Positions 22,396 through 36,771 are shown, counted from the stretch's first letter. The stretch is DNA of 64,000 bases from Dictyostelium discoideum (GCA_000004695.1 CM000151.3:1600001-1664000); one strand, 5' to 3'. The notes: a model not told the origin generated them from the sequence alone. A program made the numbers and translations.

Positions 22396-24930
22396 TTATT
22401 TTTTTAAATTTTCATCACTATTTTCTTCTTTTGGTTGTTGTGGTTCAATTGAATCGACTTCTTTTTGTTGAGATTCAGTTGATAACTCGGCCTCTTTTAT
22501 TTTTTCATTTTCAGTTTCGCCAGTTAATTCAGCCCAAGTAGTTTGTTCACCATATGGACGTGGACCAAGTATAGTTCTGAGATCATCACGTTGAATCACT
22601 TCTTTCTCTAATAAAATTGTAGCCAATTTAATGAGTAATTCTTTCTTTTCATGTAAGAGTTGAGTAGTTTTTGAGTAGGCGTCATTGACCATTCTTCTAA
22701 TTTCTTCATCAATCATACGAGCAGTTGCTTGACTGTATGGTTTAACTACGGTGATATCATCACCTTCCTTTCTGAATGAAGCAACACCAACCTTTTCACT
22801 CATACCATAGTTGACAACACTAGCACTTGCCATTTTGGTGACTTTATCTAAATCATCCATAGCACCTGTTGAAATACGATCGAAAATGATTGATTCAGCG
22901 ATACGACCACCCAATGAGACACAAATACGATCGAATAATTGTTCACGAGTGTAGAGGTATTGATCTTTTGGTTGATATTGTGCGAAACCCAATGTACCAG
23001 AACCACGTGGTACAATTGAAACCTTGAGAAGTGGATCAGTATGTTCAAGGAACCAACCAACAACAGCATGACCAGCTTCATGATGAGCTACGATAGTACG
23101 TTCCTCTGGTGACAATACACGATTCTCTCTCTTTAAACCAACCAATACTCTCTCGATTGCCTCTTCAAAGTGATCGAAATTGGCAGAGGTTGCATCTTTT
23201 CTTGCGGCAACCAATGCACCTTCATTACAAACGTTTGCTATATCGGCACCACTGAAACCTGGTGTAAGGGTTGCCAACTTCTTGGCGATCTCTTCCATTT
23301 CACCATCGAGTTTGATATTCTTTAAATGTACCATGAAAATGTCTTTTCTACCCTTGATATCAGGCTTACCAACATAGATTTGACGATCGAATCTACCTGG
23401 ACGAAGTAATGCTGGATCCAATACATCACTACGATTGGTACCGGCGAATACGACCACACCAGAGGTTGAAGAGAAACCATCCATTTCAACCAACAATTGA
23501 TTCAATGTATTCTCTCTCTCATCATTATGGAAACCACCACGTGATCTTGCTCTACCAACCGCATCGATTTCATCGATAAACACAATACAAGGTGTATTGG
23601 CACGTGCTTCCTTAAAGAGATCTCTAACACGAGATGGACCTACACCAACAAACATCTCGATGAAATCTGAACCACTAATTGTGTAAAAGTTGACACCAGC
23701 TTCACCAGCGGTTGCTTTTGCTAACAATGTTTTACCAGTACCTGGTGGACCTGATAAAATGGCACCCTTTGGTATACGTGCACCCAATTTCTTATAACGA
23801 CTTGGATCCTTCAAGAAGGAGACAAATTCCATAATCTCCTCCTTTGCTTCATCCATACCAGCGACATCCTTAAAAGTGGTGGTTGATGTTGCTTTCACAG
23901 CTTTACTCTTACTCTTAAACAATGATGAGGCACCTTTGGTCAATGATGAATTAATACCACGTGAAAAGTAAATCAATAAACCAATCATTAAAAGTGTTGG
24001 ACTAATTGCAACCAATTCTCTTAGGATCTTATTGGTATGATTGAATGTTGCAAACACTTGTTTGTTCAATGGAATTCCTAATGCATCTTGATCCTCTTGT
24101 AATTTTCTTTGGAAATCCTCTGGACTGATAATGGTGATAGTGTGAACTTTCAACGAACCAATACCACTTCCACCCACCTCTGGTTGTACCTTTTCAACAA
24201 CTTCCGCAGTTGTATTGGTTAATAAAATTGAGTGAATCTCTGCATTTGGTAAAATCTTATTTCTAAATGTTTGATAATCAATCTCATCATTCTGTGGTTT
24301 AATAAATGTAAAAATTAAAATATTTGCTGCAACTATCGCAAGTATTGCTGCTGCTCTTGGTGTAAAAAAACTTGAAATTGGTGAATCTGGTTGATTACCT
24401 TTTTTTTTATCTTCTTTATCTTTATTTTCTTCTTCATTTTCTTTTTCTTCTTTATTTTCTTTTTCTTCTTCTTTTTCTTCTTTTTCTTTTTCATCTTTTT
24501 CTTTTTCATCTTTTACTTTTTCATTTTCATTTTCTTTTTTATTTTCTACATCATTTTTATTTTTATCTTGTTTTACAGTGGTTTCTTTTTCATTTTCAAA
24601 CTTTTTTTCATTATCTTCATCTTTTGGTGATTTTGGTGGTGGTGATGATGATGAAAATCTTTTAAAATTTGATTGAATTTCTGATATAAATAATTTATTA
24701 TTTTCAATTTTATTATTATTAAAACTAGAGTAAATATTACATTTTAATATATTTCTATTACTATTATTATTATTATCTATTATTGATTGTGGTATTTTAT
24801 TATTTTCATTGTTATTTATTAAAGATCTATTTAAATATGATATTAATCTTGACTTTTTTGTTGTAGCATTATTTGAGGCAGTTGAAAATAAAATTTTGGT
24901 AGTTTTGAGGATATTACTACTGCTTGACAT
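22396..24930 (-). CDS. Mitochondrial m-AAA-type FtsH metalloprotease (AFG3/paraplegin-like), 844 aa, single exon
   Basis: Walker A GPPGTGKT, Walker [17 protein letters not shown] zinc site, long N-terminal presequence/TM region and a Lys/Glu-rich insert. Confidence 0.9.
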   Translation of the reverse strand: MSSSSNILKTTKILFSTASNNATTKKSRLISYLNRSLINNNENNKIPQSIIDNNNNSNRNILKCNIYSSFNNNKIENNKLFISEIQSNFKRFSSSSPPPKSPKDEDNEKKFENEKETTVKQDKNKNDVENKKENENEKVKDEKEKDEKEKEEKEEEKENKEEKENEEENKDKEDKKKGNQPDSPISSFFTPRAAAILAIVAANILIFTFIKPQNDEIDYQTFRNKILPNAEIHSILLTNTTAEVVEKVQPEVGGSGIGSLKVHTITIISPEDFQRKLQEDQDALGIPLNKQVFATFNHTNKILRELVAISPTLLMIGLLIYFSRGINSSLTKGASSLFKSKSKAVKATSTTTFKDVAGMDEAKEEIMEFVSFLKDPSRYKKLGARIPKGAILSGPPGTGKTLLAKATAGEAGVNFYTISGSDFIEMFVGVGPSRVRDLFKEARANTPCIVFIDEIDAVGRARSRGGFHNDERENTLNQLLVEMDGFSSTSGVVVFAGTNRSDVLDPALLRPGRFDRQIYVGKPDIKGRKDIFMVHLKNIKLDGEMEEIAKKLATLTPGFSGADIANVCNEGALVAARKDATSANFDHFEEAIERVLVGLKRENRVLSPEERTIVAHHEAGHAVVGWFLEHTDPLLKVSIVPRGSGTLGFAQYQPKDQYLYTREQLFDRICVSLGGRIAESIIFDRISTGAMDDLDKVTKMASASVVNYGMSEKVGVASFRKEGDDITVVKPYSQATARMIDEEIRRMVNDAYSKTTQLLHEKKELLIKLATILLEKEVIQRDDLRTILGPRPYGEQTTWAELTGETENEKIKEAELSTESQQKEVDSIEPQQPKEENSDENLKK

Positions 24931-25154
24931 TTTTATAATTGTCCTTTTATATATTAATTAATGTATTATATGTATATATATATATATTTTTTTTTTTTTT
25001 GTGTGTATTGATATTATGTAATTTTGTTTATTTTATTTGTGAATATGTATTTTATTATTTGTTATGTGTTTTTTGATAAATTAATCAAAAACAATGCGCA
25101 AATGGGAAATTAGAATGAAAATGATTAAAAAAAAAAAAAATTAAAAAATTAAAA

Positions 25155-25185
<31 letters not shown>

Positions 25186-26167
25186 AATTAAAAAAAAAAA
25201 AAAAACAATTCAATTTCCATGTAAAGAGTATGTGTTAATTCTTCATTCGTTTTTATTTTCCAAATACAATTTTTTTTTTTATTTATTTAACCACAATCAA
25301 CTTTGGTTTTTTTTAGATTTTTAATTTTTTAAATTTAATAAATAATCTTTTTTTATTTATATTTTTTTTTTTTTTTTTTTTTTTATCCCAAAAAATAATA
25401 CACTAAGATGAAATGAAAAAAAAATTTCAACAGAGAAAAAAAAAAAAAAAAAAAAAATTTTTTTATAATATAGTACAAATAAGAATAATCAATAAACAAA
25501 AAATATAAACCCCAAAAAAAACAATGAGTTAATTGAAAAATACATATAATAAAGTTAATTAAACTTTAATTTGATTTTCGCCATTTTGCTTAAAAAAAGA
25601 AATTAAATTATCAACACTAATATTATTTATAAATATATTTTTTGCCATTAAGTGTTGGTGATGCATCTTTTGCTCAAAATATGAGAGGTGGTGTGTCTGT
25701 ATTTGGTAAAGAAACAATATTTACTGTGTTTCGAGAGTTTGTGCTACTTTTCTCTCCCCTTTAATTTTTAATGATTGATATTAATGAACCAAAAGCAAAT
25801 TTTCATCAATAGACCTTTTTATTTTTTTTTTTTTTTTTTTTTTTAATACAACATTTGGGTAATTTATTTATTTATTTATTTTTTTTTTTTTTTTTTTTTT
25901 TGCCCATAATCAAAAAAATCTTAATCTTTTTTGGAAAGCATTCAGAAATAAAATTAAAAATAAAAAAAAAAAAAAATTAAAAATAAATAAAAAATAAATA
26001 AAAAAAGATTTTTTTTAGATTCTATTGATGAATTTGCTTATGGGGTTTTGATGTGCTATCGAAATTGTGAAAATTAAAAAAAAAAATTATTTAATAATTT
26101 TTTTTTTTTTTTTTTTGTCATTCACAATTTATTTTTCTTCTTTAAAAATCTCTTTTTTTTTTTTATT

Positions 26168-26232
26168 ATGTCTTCAATTAAAATCAAAAGTATAACAATC
26201 AATCACTCAAACTATTTAATTAGAGTGACAAG
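26168..26232 (+). CDS. FG-repeat protein paralog A, exon 1 (MSSIKIKSITINHSNYLIRVT-)
   Basis: ATG + GTAAGT donor. Mirrors exon 1 of paralog B (MLPIRNITINHSSNQIFIT-), and both end in the same splice phase. Confidence 0.55.
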
Positions 26233-26397
26233 GTAAGTTGTTTTTTTTTTTTATTTTTTTTTTTTTTATTTTTTTATTTTAGCATAAGAATATATTTACC
26301 AATAAACCTTTTTTTTTTCTTTCTTTTTTCTTTCTGTTTTTTTTTTTTTTTTTTTATCAATTTTTTTATTTTTTTTATTTATTTTCAAAAAAAAAAG

Positions 26398-28966
26398 ACA
26401 AATTTCATTTGAACCTAGTAATGGAGAGTATGTATTTTATTTACCAGATGAAATAAATAGTAAAGAGGCAATTGATGTTGAAGATCCAGTTTGTAATGGA
26501 TCAACATTATTGTATCCTCGTAAACCATCATTCCCAGCAGATTTGGAACGTTTCAAGAATCAAAGATTCAAAATTCAAACAATTGATGGTTGTCAAATCA
26601 TTGGTAAATTAATTGGTACACATGAATCGTCAAAGACAAGTACCCAAAATGTGGTAACAATTGATGTTGAAACTTTTCATTCACCAAAGAATTCATTAAC
26701 AGTTCCAAAAGGTTTAATATCATTAAACCAATCTCAAGTGTTAACTTATTTCCTTCTAGAAGAATCATCACCATCATCATCAACTGGATTTCAAGTTGGA
26801 AATGCCAATAGATATACAAAGATCGTTATCAACAATACAAGCATTGCAAGAGATATCTTAGTAAGTTATTGTGTCATTGGTAATTCAGATTCACTTGGTT
26901 ATTTTGTTCATTCAGTTAAAGGTATTCAAAGTAAACCATTATACACTAAACCAAATTTAGAATCCAACATTCCAATTAAAATTACAACTGAATATATTTG
27001 GAAACCAATTTGGGATATTACAATTGATAGAGAATCAAATTTAGTTGGTGATGGTCATAACAACAATAACAACAACAACAACAACATAACTGATGATGGT
27101 AGTTTTTATGGTGGGTCAGGTGTAACATTTAATATTATAACAAAAGATGAAAAATATGTTTACACAGTTGAAAATTTTGTTTGTTATAAAAATTATGAAA
27201 ATAAAATTCAACTCAATTCATTCGAAACTACATGTAATCGTGCAGTATTTGTTCATTTAGCTGGTCCAATTCAAATTGCATTATACTTTGAAAATAATTC
27301 AAAATCATTACTATCAAAATCAACTATTAAATTTGTTGATGATTATACTGAATCACCAAATTTAGATTTATCAAAACCAACAACATTCCAACAAAATACA
27401 AGAGATTTTGGTAATAATATCAAAAAACCAGTTGGATTGTTCTTTTCAAATGATAAGAAAACAGAATTTGAATTTTTAAATCCAGTTGAACCAAAATCAA
27501 TTGGTATCATTGTATTTAAAGTTCCAAATGAAAGTATTAAAGTTTACAAGGATATTGCTCATCAACCATTATGGGGAACTAAATCAAAGGAATATAGAAT
27601 CAATGAAATTAAATTATCACTTATCTTTACATTAATGGATGCTCAAGTTTTAAGTAAAATTAAATATCAATTTGTAAATGCAACTCAACTTAAAACAAAA
27701 TATATTGTTGATTGTAATTCAATCACTATTAATAAAACTAATAATAATAACAATGCTTTTGGTGGTGCTACTGCTGCCAATGGTCGTGGTGGTGGTGATG
27801 ATGATGATGATTCCGGATTACCAAGAAATGAAGATGTCAGTATCGATACTTCAAATTGTGAAAAGATTGGTGAAACTTTATACCTTTTTGACTCTTTACC
27901 ACTTTCAATTAATCAATTTGAAATGACCTATAGAAATAAGAAACAATTAATGACTCATTCTAGATTACCACAAGTTGTTTTAACCTATTTAAAAGAAAAA
28001 GGTATTGATGTTAGTTATAGTCCAAATAAATTTGATACTTATGATCTCTCAAGTTTGGATTCAATCACTCAAGATACTCTCATTAAATTAATGGGTACTT
28101 TATCATTGGAAGAGAAAACAAGTAATTATTTCAATAAAGCATTCTCAACAAGTCCAATTGCAAGCATTTTATTCGATGCTTATGATTTCAATCAAACTGC
28201 AAGTAAAGGTTCATTTAATAATAATCCATCTTTCGGTTTATTTGGTTCACAACCACCTCAACAACAACAACAACAACAACAACAGCAACAAGGAGTAGGA
28301 GGTTTGTTTAGTAATGCACCTCAAGCTCATGGTTTTAGTTCTGGAGGTCTTTTTGGTTCAACTGCACCACCACAAACCAGTTCTTTCGGATTTGGAGGAT
28401 TCAGTAGTGCTCCAGTTTCAGCAACACCATCAGCAGCACCATCATTATTTGGTAGATTAGTTAGTGCTCCAGTTTCAGCAACACCATCAGCAGTACCAAC
28501 TGCCACTTCACAATTCGGTGGAACAACAAGTTTTAATAAAATTGAAACTCCAACTGGTACCCCTACCTCTTTTTCATTTGGTGCTTCCACAACACCAAGT
28601 TCCTCAGGATTTGGGGGATTCGGTAGTGCTCCAGTCTCAACAACACCATCATTTGGTGCTATCCCTTCTTCCCCAGTTGAAAAAACAACAGCAACAACAA
28701 CAACAACAGCAACTCCTCATTCAAATACAGAATCATCACTATTTGGAAGCACACAAGCCAATATCACTTCATTGTTTGGTGGCTCGTCTACTCCACAACC
28801 ATCCACATTCTCATTTTCAACACCACAATCAAAATTTGAAAATAATGATACCACTGATTATACTCCAACACCAACTGATAATATTACTCTTACTTCAATT
28901 TCAGCAATGCCACAATTCTCAAATAAATCTGTTGAAGAAATCAAACATGAACAAACAAAAAAATAA
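26398..28966 (+). CDS. FG-repeat protein paralog A, exon 2: about 600-aa N-terminal globular region + C-terminal SLFG/FGxFG/GFGG repeat region (nucleoporin-like)
   Basis: ORF track 26510..28966, extended in frame to the AAAAAAG acceptor. C-terminal FG repeats separated by Thr/Ser/Pro spacers. Poly-Q tract. Confidence 0.75.
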
Positions 28967-29713
28967 ATTTGTAAATCCAATAAATAAATAAAGATAAGAT
29001 TATAGAATATAACATTTTATATATATGTTTTTTTTTTTTCAATATTATTTTATTTTATTTTATTTTATTTTATTTTATTTTATTTTATAAAAATTTTATA
29101 TTATTTTTAAATTATTTCTTTGGTTTTAAAATTTAAATTTGTTTTTTTATCATAAATCAAAAAAAAATGAAATTCTCTTAGTATTTGAGTTATTCAATTT
29201 CATTTGAATAATCAAAATTCAAAAAATAAAAAATATCAATAAAAACTATATAATTTAATTTTATTTTTTTTTAAAAAAAAAAAAAAAATCATTAGAAAAA
29301 TAATCTTTTTATTTATTTCCATATTTTTTATAAAAATAAATTTAATATTGGGTTGAATTATATCATCAAGTTCTATTGAATCTTGTGTTCTTGATGGTAC
29401 TGTATTTGCCCAACAAGATAAAACAAATTTAAATTTGTGAAAAAATTAGTTGTTTCACTATACATAGATTCACAAAAAGTAAATAATATCTTTTTACTTT
29501 TTTTTTTTTTTTTTTTGAACAAAAGGGAAATTATTTTTATTACAATATTAACTATCATCACCATATTAATAAACCTTTTTTTTTTTTTTTTTTTTTTTCT
29601 CTTTCCACTTTTTTTTTTTTTCTTTTTAAATTTAAATTTAGGAAAATACAGAAACTTTTAATTTTCAAATTAATGAAATTAAAGATGAAAATGGTTAAAT
29701 AAAAACATTAGTT

Positions 29714-30922
29714 ATGCCAATTTCAATTTCATTTAAAAAATCAGAAATATTTATAAATTATCCATTGGTTTATTTGCAAAATGTAGCATATCAACCAAAA
29801 GAAACAGTAATTTATAAAACAGATTATCTTGTAACTAGTGGTTGTAAAGATACACCAAGTGATCATACATGTCCAGGTGCAACAGAAATCAATGGTAAAT
29901 TAATAAGAGATAGTCAAGGATTTTGTTGTAGTTGTTAAATGTCTGATTATATTGATGCTGATCAAAATTCAAGAGCAAATTTAGGTTGTTCACTATTAGG
30001 TTCCCAATCATCATCAGCACACTGTTTATCATTTAGTCCAATGAAATATGATGTTTATAATATTGCCAAAACTCAAGTTGAATATAAAATCACAGCAACA
30101 TTAACCTATAGTTATAATCAAAATCCAATCACTCAAGATATAATTTTATCAAATTCAAATCCAATGGGAATGGATTCATTCAGCCAAGCTATGATTAGAA
30201 TTGTTGGCGATTTTCAATCGTCAACTCAAATTAATCAATTCACTGATAAGAAAGTTGTGTTTCCATATAATCAACCAAATTCAATAAATACTGCTATGTT
30301 GTTAGACCAGAATTTCTTTGATTTGTCAGGGTTAACATGTAATAAAATTGGGGTTTCCTATAGTGCCTTTCAAAATCAACCAAATAAATGTGCAGCTTTA
30401 TTTGGGTCTTGCCTTCAAAATCAAATCGCTGATTATTATAATGCTGATGTCACATTAATTTCAAATGGAAAGAAAGGAAACTATATTGCATCTCAATTTG
30501 GTACAAAAGTTGCAGGTGACCAAAATTCAAGATCATTGAAAATTAGATTCGATGAATCTCATAGAACAATGTTAACAATTACATTGAAAGCTGATTCACT
30601 TCAATATAGAGTTGATATATCACCAGGTAAAATTATAAGTTATCAAATCGATCGATTTGAGTCAATGTCAAAAAATGGTATATTAAGAGTAAAAGTTCAA
30701 AATATTGGTACAATTAATTCAGATTATACATTGGCAATAGTTAATTGTTCAGGTGATATTAATCCTATAGATAGTAAAGATGTAACCATAAAATCAAAGG
30801 AAATTTATAGTTTTGAATTTCAAATTTTTACAACTTCAAAATTAGATTCATCTTATCAATGTTTTGGTGATTTATATAATGAAGTTGCTCAAGTTATCCA
30901 TAGTTGCCCATGCCAAAATTAA
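29714..30922 (+). pseudogene. HAP2/GCS1-like ORF interrupted by an in-frame TAA (29936-29938) and ending at the edge of a foldback element; probable gene fragment/pseudogene
   Basis: Two ORFs (29714..29938 and 29939..30922) lie in the same frame, separated by a single stop: …IRDSQGFCCSC*MSDYIDADQNSRANLGCSLLGSQSSSAHCLSF… The CC-x-C … SAHCL pattern matches my recollection of the HAP2-GCS1 signature domain. No TM helix or tail follows. Confidence 0.45.
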
Positions 30923-31463
30923 TATGGCTGCTGAAATTAATATGGTAATTTTGGCATGGGACTTATGTCTGCTAGAATTACCACATTAATTTCAGCAGCC
31001 ATATTAATTTTGGCATGCACAGACCAACTATTTTAGGCTGAAATTAATATGGCTGCCGAAATTAATATGGTAATTTTGGGCATAGAAAAATAAAAAAAAA
31101 ACTCAAAGTCATTTAATTAATAATAATCATCTCAAATATAAAAGAATTAAAAATAATAAAAAAAAACTCATGGGATTAATTACAGTAACAATACTGATGA
31201 CAAGAATAATTATAAAATAAAAAAAAAAAAAAAATCTTTTTTTATCTTTTTATTTTTATTTCTTATTTATTTTCATGTGTTCAAAAAAAGTGGTGGTTTA
31301 AAACAATTTATTTAATTTTAAACTGTATGATTGTTTAAACAATTTCGAAATAAGTTTCTTTAAAGAAATTCTGTATTTCTTTTTTTTATTTTATTTTATT
31401 TCATTTCATTCTATTTTTTTATTTTTATTTTTTTATTTTTTTTTTTTTTTTTGTATATTTAAG

Positions 31464-31620
<157 letters not shown>

Positions 31621-31804
31621 TACTATTATTTAATTGACCGAAGGGATATCTTTTACTTTTTTTTTATATATAATTGTTCGAAACTTTAAAAAATAAAATA
31701 AAAAAAAAAAAATTAAAAAAAAAAATATAAAAAAAAAATTAAAAAAATTAAAAAGTATTTTTTTTTTTTATTTTTTTATTTTTCCACCCGAAGATGTCGC
31801 TTTT

Positions 31805-32206
31805 TTGGAATTTAAAGATGTTGAATTCAATCAAAGTGATGAATTTGGTGTATTATTTAACGAAGTTACTATTGATAAAAATGATTTGAAGTACAAAGTA
31901 AATGTTGAATTTAGAGAGGCGGAGACAAGTAAAAATAAATTGCAAAGGGATATCGAAATAACCAAAAGAAAATCAACAGATGACCTAGTTGAAAAAGCAA
32001 TCGAGCACTCTACCACCGAAGTTAGATCAACACATGAAGCTGCAACAACTTCCAATAATGGTGGAATCACAACTCAATCAAACAAAAACAAAACGGGTAA
32101 AAAAAGAGCTAATCAATTACAATCTGATGCTGATTTTACCAAAAGATTTTCAAACGAAACTTCATCTGTTAGTAACAAAAGAGAAAGTAGAAGAGTCAAT
32201 AATTAA
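31805..32206 (+). CDS. Possible small charged protein (133 aa; Lys/Glu/Thr-rich) inside the foldback element; no ATG at the ORF start (TTG)
   Basis: ORF track only. It is not low-complexity. No homology recognised. Confidence 0.2.
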   Translation: MEFKDVEFNQSDEFGVLFNEVTIDKNDLKYKVNVEFREAETSKNKLQRDIEITKRKSTDDLVEKAIEHSTTEVRSTHEAATTSNNGGITTQSNKNKTGKKRANQLQSDADFTKRFSNETSSVSNKRESRRVNN

Positions 32207-32859
32207 AATAAAAAATTAAAAAAAAAAAATTATTTTAATTTTTTTTTTTTTTTTTTTTTTTTATTTTTAATTTTTTTTTTTATTTTTAATTTTTTTTTAT
32301 TTTTAATTTTTTTTTTTGTGAGCCGTAGACATAAATGAATAATAAAAAAATATATATCAACTAAAAAAAAAAGAAATGAAAATAAATTATAAAATTAATA
32401 ATAAAAACAAAAAGATAAAAATAAATAAAAGATATAAATAAAATAATATGAAAATTTTTTTTTTTTTTTTTTTTATTATTATAATTATTATAATAAAAAT
32501 AATAATAATAAAATTTTGTTTATTTTTGAGATGATTATTAATTAAATGACTTTGACTTTTTTTTTTTTTCTATGCCAAAATTACCATATTAATTTTGGCA
32601 GCTATGTACATGCTGAAATTAATATGGCTGCTGAAATTAATACGGTAATTTTGGCAGACATAAGTCCCATGCCAAAATTAATATGGCTGCTGAAATTAAT
32701 ATGGTAATTTTGGCATGGGACACATAGTATAAGATTAATTTTAATACATCTGAAACTATGATTGATAATGGTCCTCAATCTGGTGAGAATTCATTGGATA
32801 GAGATTCTTTAAATATTGGTTCTCAATTTACTTGTGATGATGTTAGCCCAAATTTGTAA

Positions 32860-32901
<42 letters not shown>

Positions 32902-33396
32902 AAATATTAATTTTAATATTATTCATTTATAATTATTATTTATTTATAGATTAAATATAGTTTGCTATTATGACCAACTAAAAATTTGTAGAACTAAATT
33001 TGCATTGTTTTTAACAGTTCTTGTAGTTATAGTAATAGTTATTATTTTATGTTTTAAATTACCGATTATTAGAAATTTTCTTAGCTAATATTTTGTTGTG
33101 GTTGTTCTTGCTTTAAAAATAAAAAGAAGAAATCACCATCAAGAAAAATAAATCTCAAAAAATAATAACATTAACAAAAAAAAAAAAAAAGAAAAAAAAA
33201 AAAATAAAAAAAAAAAAAAAAAATAACAATTATAATAATAACAATAAAAAATATTCTATTTTTGGAATAACTGATTGGTGTTATTTTTATAATTGTGGTT
33301 ATTCCCCCATTTTTTTTTTTTTTTGATTTGAAATATTTTGATGATTTTCAAAACATAGGGAATTTGTAAATTTGGTTCAGTGGGGTGTAGGTTAAA

Positions 33397-33428
<32 letters not shown>

Positions 33429-33572
33429 TTTTTATTTTTTATTATTACTTTTTTTTTTTATTGTATTATTATTTTTTAATTTATATATTGTTATATAGAT
33501 AATTTATATTACCTTTTTTTTTATTGTATTATTATTTTTTTAATTTTATTTTTTTCATTATCCATTAAAAAA

Positions 33573-33631
33573 ATGCTCCCCATAAGAAATATTACAATCA
33601 ATCATTCTAGTAACCAAATATTTATAACAAG
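33573..33631 (+). CDS. FG-repeat protein paralog B, exon 1 (MLPIRNITINHSSNQIFIT-)
   Basis: ATG + GTAAGA donor. Paralogous to 26168-26232. Confidence 0.55.
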
Positions 33632-33712
33632 GTAAGAGCCATTACTATTGAAAAAAAAAAAAAAATTTATTTAAACAGTTTTTAAATTTTTTTTATTTAT
33701 TTTTATTTTTAG

Positions 33713-36602
33713 ATGTATTTGTATTGGTAATGAAATTGAAAAAAAAAAAAGTATTTTTGGAAATGAAATTGAAAAACATTGTTTATTTCCAATACCAGAA
33801 ACAATAAATAGTGATGAAATAATTACTGTTGAGGATAGTGTTGAAAATGGTTCAACTTTATTTCATTTGAAAAAACCAGAATTTCCAAGAGATTTAGAAC
33901 TTTACAAAAACCAAAAATTTATTTTTCAAACCTTAAACTATGGTCAAATTATTGGCACATTTATTGAAATTGATAATAGAAATAAATTAGAAAACAAATT
34001 TTTAGTATTGGATGTTGAAGAAGTCAATAACATTTGTAATGTAAAACCATTTTCAAAAGGAATAATATTATTAAATGAAAATGAAATATCATCATTTATT
34101 TTATTTGACCCAAAATCTAATATTAGTGGACCAGAAACTTATAAATCAAATGCAAAATTGGTAATCAATAATACCACCATATCAAGAGAGATTTTCGTTA
34201 CCCATTGTTCCAAAGTTAATGAAGAGTCTCTTGGATATTATCATCATTTAATTAGAGGTATTGAATTTAATGACCTATTTACTGAACCAAATTTAAAGCC
34301 AAACATTCCAATTAAAGTTTTAACTGAATTTGTTTGGAAACCAATGTTTAATATTGGTGACATTAATAATAACACACAAGAGTCAAAAGTTTCTTTAACA
34401 ATTATAACAAATGATGAAAAGTCTATTTATTCAGTTGAAAATTTTAAATGTTTAAAAAACTATGAGACAAAGATAATAATCAATTCATTTGAAACAACAT
34501 ATAATAGAGCAGTTTTAATTCATCCAATGGGTCCAAATCAAATTTCAATATATTTCAAAAACACTTCAAAATTATTATTTACAAAATCCACAATTCAATT
34601 GGTAAATAGTTATGAAAACCATATGATTGATTTGGTTGATGGTGAAGAAATATTTCTTCAACAAATTGATTATTTTAATTGTGAAACCCAATCATTGGAA
34701 TTATTGAATTCTGTTAGACCAAACTCCACGTGTGTTATGATTTTAAAAGTTCCTAATGAAAAAATTAAAATCTACCAAGAAATTTCTCACCAACCACTAT
34801 TTCCAGCAAGATCAAAGAGAACAAAAATTCAAAGAATAAAAATTTCAAAGGACATTATTTTTATAGATTTTGAATTTAAAAATAAAATTAAGTACCAAAT
34901 TGTCAATTCCTCTCAATTTAAAACCAAAATGCTTATTCATTGCCCAAATAAAGAATTTAATATTAAAGGAATTTCTTGTAAGGAAATCAACAATGATGTT
35001 GATAGAAATTTATATCTTTTGGATTCAGATGCACTTTCAATAAAAGATTTAACATTATATTCTGTAAAGAACGAACAAGTATTTTCAGGTTCAAGTTTTT
35101 CAAAAGTTATTTCAAAATTCTTAGAAAAAAATGATTTTAAAAATACCATCTTAGATTCAGGAAAATTTGAAATTTTTAATTTTACAAATATGGATAAAAA
35201 ATTTCAAAAAGACCTCTCCAAATTATTAGAAAAAGTGTATTTTGAAAAAAGTGATTCTAGTTATTTTGAAAAACAGTTCTCAAAAATGTCACTAAAAGAA
35301 TCATTATTTGATCCTCTCTTATGGAGGGAGCATTCCCTTTATAGATTTTCAAACCAGAACAAGTTTTTTTTTGATTCTGATGCAAACTCTTTTTTTAAAT
35401 CATTAAGTTTTGATACAGTTTCTAATAACAATACCATTTCTTCAACTGGACCTTACAGCCCCATACCAATTTCTTCCTTCCCATTTCAAAAAAATGCAGA
35501 ATCTTTGGATCCTCCACCAATTCCTATCGAAGATATCTCCAATAGAAAAGATAAAAGTGGTGGCACATCTCCTATACCAAAACCAGTTGGAAAAGAAACC
35601 TCAAATACAAATAAATCATCTCAGGAAAATAATAAAAGAAGCTCTGACAAGAAAGTTACCTTTTGTACAAGTGAACCATCATTAGGTAACAAATCTCTAT
35701 TTGGAAGTTCATCCAATCAACAAACTCCTGTAAAAATAGAGCCATCTTTGGAGACCAAATCTCTTTTTGGAAAACATACAACTCCAAGTACAACTGAATC
35801 ATCTGTGTGTACCAAATCCGCTTTTGGAAGTTCACCCCCATCATTATTTGGTCAATCATCTCCCAACAAAACAACTTCAACCACTGAATCTGGCTTGGGT
35901 GAGGGAGAATCAATATCAACAACAACAACAAAAACTAGTGCATTTGGAAGCTCCTCAACTCCTTCATTTGGTGGTACATCTGCATTTGGTGGCCCTCAAA
36001 CTACAGGTGCATTTGGTAGCACTACAACAACTAGTATGTTTGGAAGATCCCCAACCACTTTATATGGTAGTTCTCCAACTACAACGACTAGTATGTTTGG
36101 AAGTAATTCAAACACTTTATATGGTAGTTCTCCAACTACAACAACTAGTATGTTTGGAAGATCCCCAACCACTTTATATGGTAGTTCTCCAACTCCAACG
36201 ACTAGTATATTTGGAAGCTCCTCAACAACTTTATATGGTAGTTCTCCAACTACAACAACTAGTATATTTGGAAGCACTTCAACCCCTTTATTTGGCAGTG
36301 CTTCAACTACAAAAACTAGTTTATTTGGAAGCTCCTCAATATTTGATGCAAAAAATCTCAACAAGACAACTCCAAAAGAAGAAATAAAGAAAGAATCTGA
36401 GGATATAAATGAAAATTCTTCTGAATTACCAGAATTAGTTCAAGATGAAGATTACGATATAGACCAAGTTGAAGATTTAGATGAAGATCAAGTTGAAGAT
36501 TTAGATGAAGATTACGATGAAGATCAAGTTGAAGATTACGATGAAGATCAAGTTGAAGATTTAGATGAAGATCAAGTTGAAAATTCAAAAGATTCAGTTT
36601 AA
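33713..36602 (+). CDS. FG-repeat protein paralog B, exon 2: conserved N-terminal region + SAFG/SLFG/SMFG repeats + C-terminal acidic (DEDQVEDLDE)n repeat
   Basis: ORF track 33867..36602, extended to the TTTTAG acceptor. Clear collinear similarity to paralog A (…NGSTL(L/F)…(R/K)KP(S/E)FP(A/R)DLE(R/L)(F/Y)KNQ(R/K)F…QIIG…). Confidence 0.75.
36040..36300 (+). repeat. 60-bp tandem repeat x about 5 within the paralog B CDS (encodes SPTTTTSMFGRSPTTLYGS units)
   Basis: Near-identical 60-nt units are visible. They produce overlapping spurious ORFs in other frames (35767..36387, 35996..36364). Confidence 0.8.
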
Positions 36603-36771
36603 GTTGAAGATGATGATGATATTGTTTATTGATGAGATAGTTATTACAAAAATAAAGGACAAAACAAAATAAAAATTCAAACAAAACAAAAAAAAAGATA
36701 AATTCTAAAAAATACCAAACAAAAACTTTGCAACATTATTTTACATCATATGAGTTTTATTTTTTTTTTTA

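Noticed and set aside
24372-24665. Plus-strand poly-F/poly-L ORFs (24372..24665, 24391..24630)
   Set aside because: They are antisense to the Lys/Glu-rich insert of the FtsH gene, a low-complexity artefact.
28327-28991. Overlapping ORFs 28327..28590 (-) and 28464..28991 (+) in the FG-repeat region of paralog A
   Set aside because: They are alternative frames of a GC-richer repetitive coding stretch. The FG-repeat frame is the one continuous with the upstream conserved domain.
29437-29661. ORF 29437..29661 (poly-F) and minus ORF 29373..29564
   Set aside because: They are homopolymer-driven low-complexity translations in the intergenic region upstream of the HAP2-like ORF.
35656-36684. ORFs 35656..35931 (-), 35767..36387 (+), 35996..36364 (-) and 36358..36684 (-) in paralog B
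   Set aside because: They are generated by the 60-bp tandem repeats, which are open in several frames. Only the SxFG frame continues the gene.
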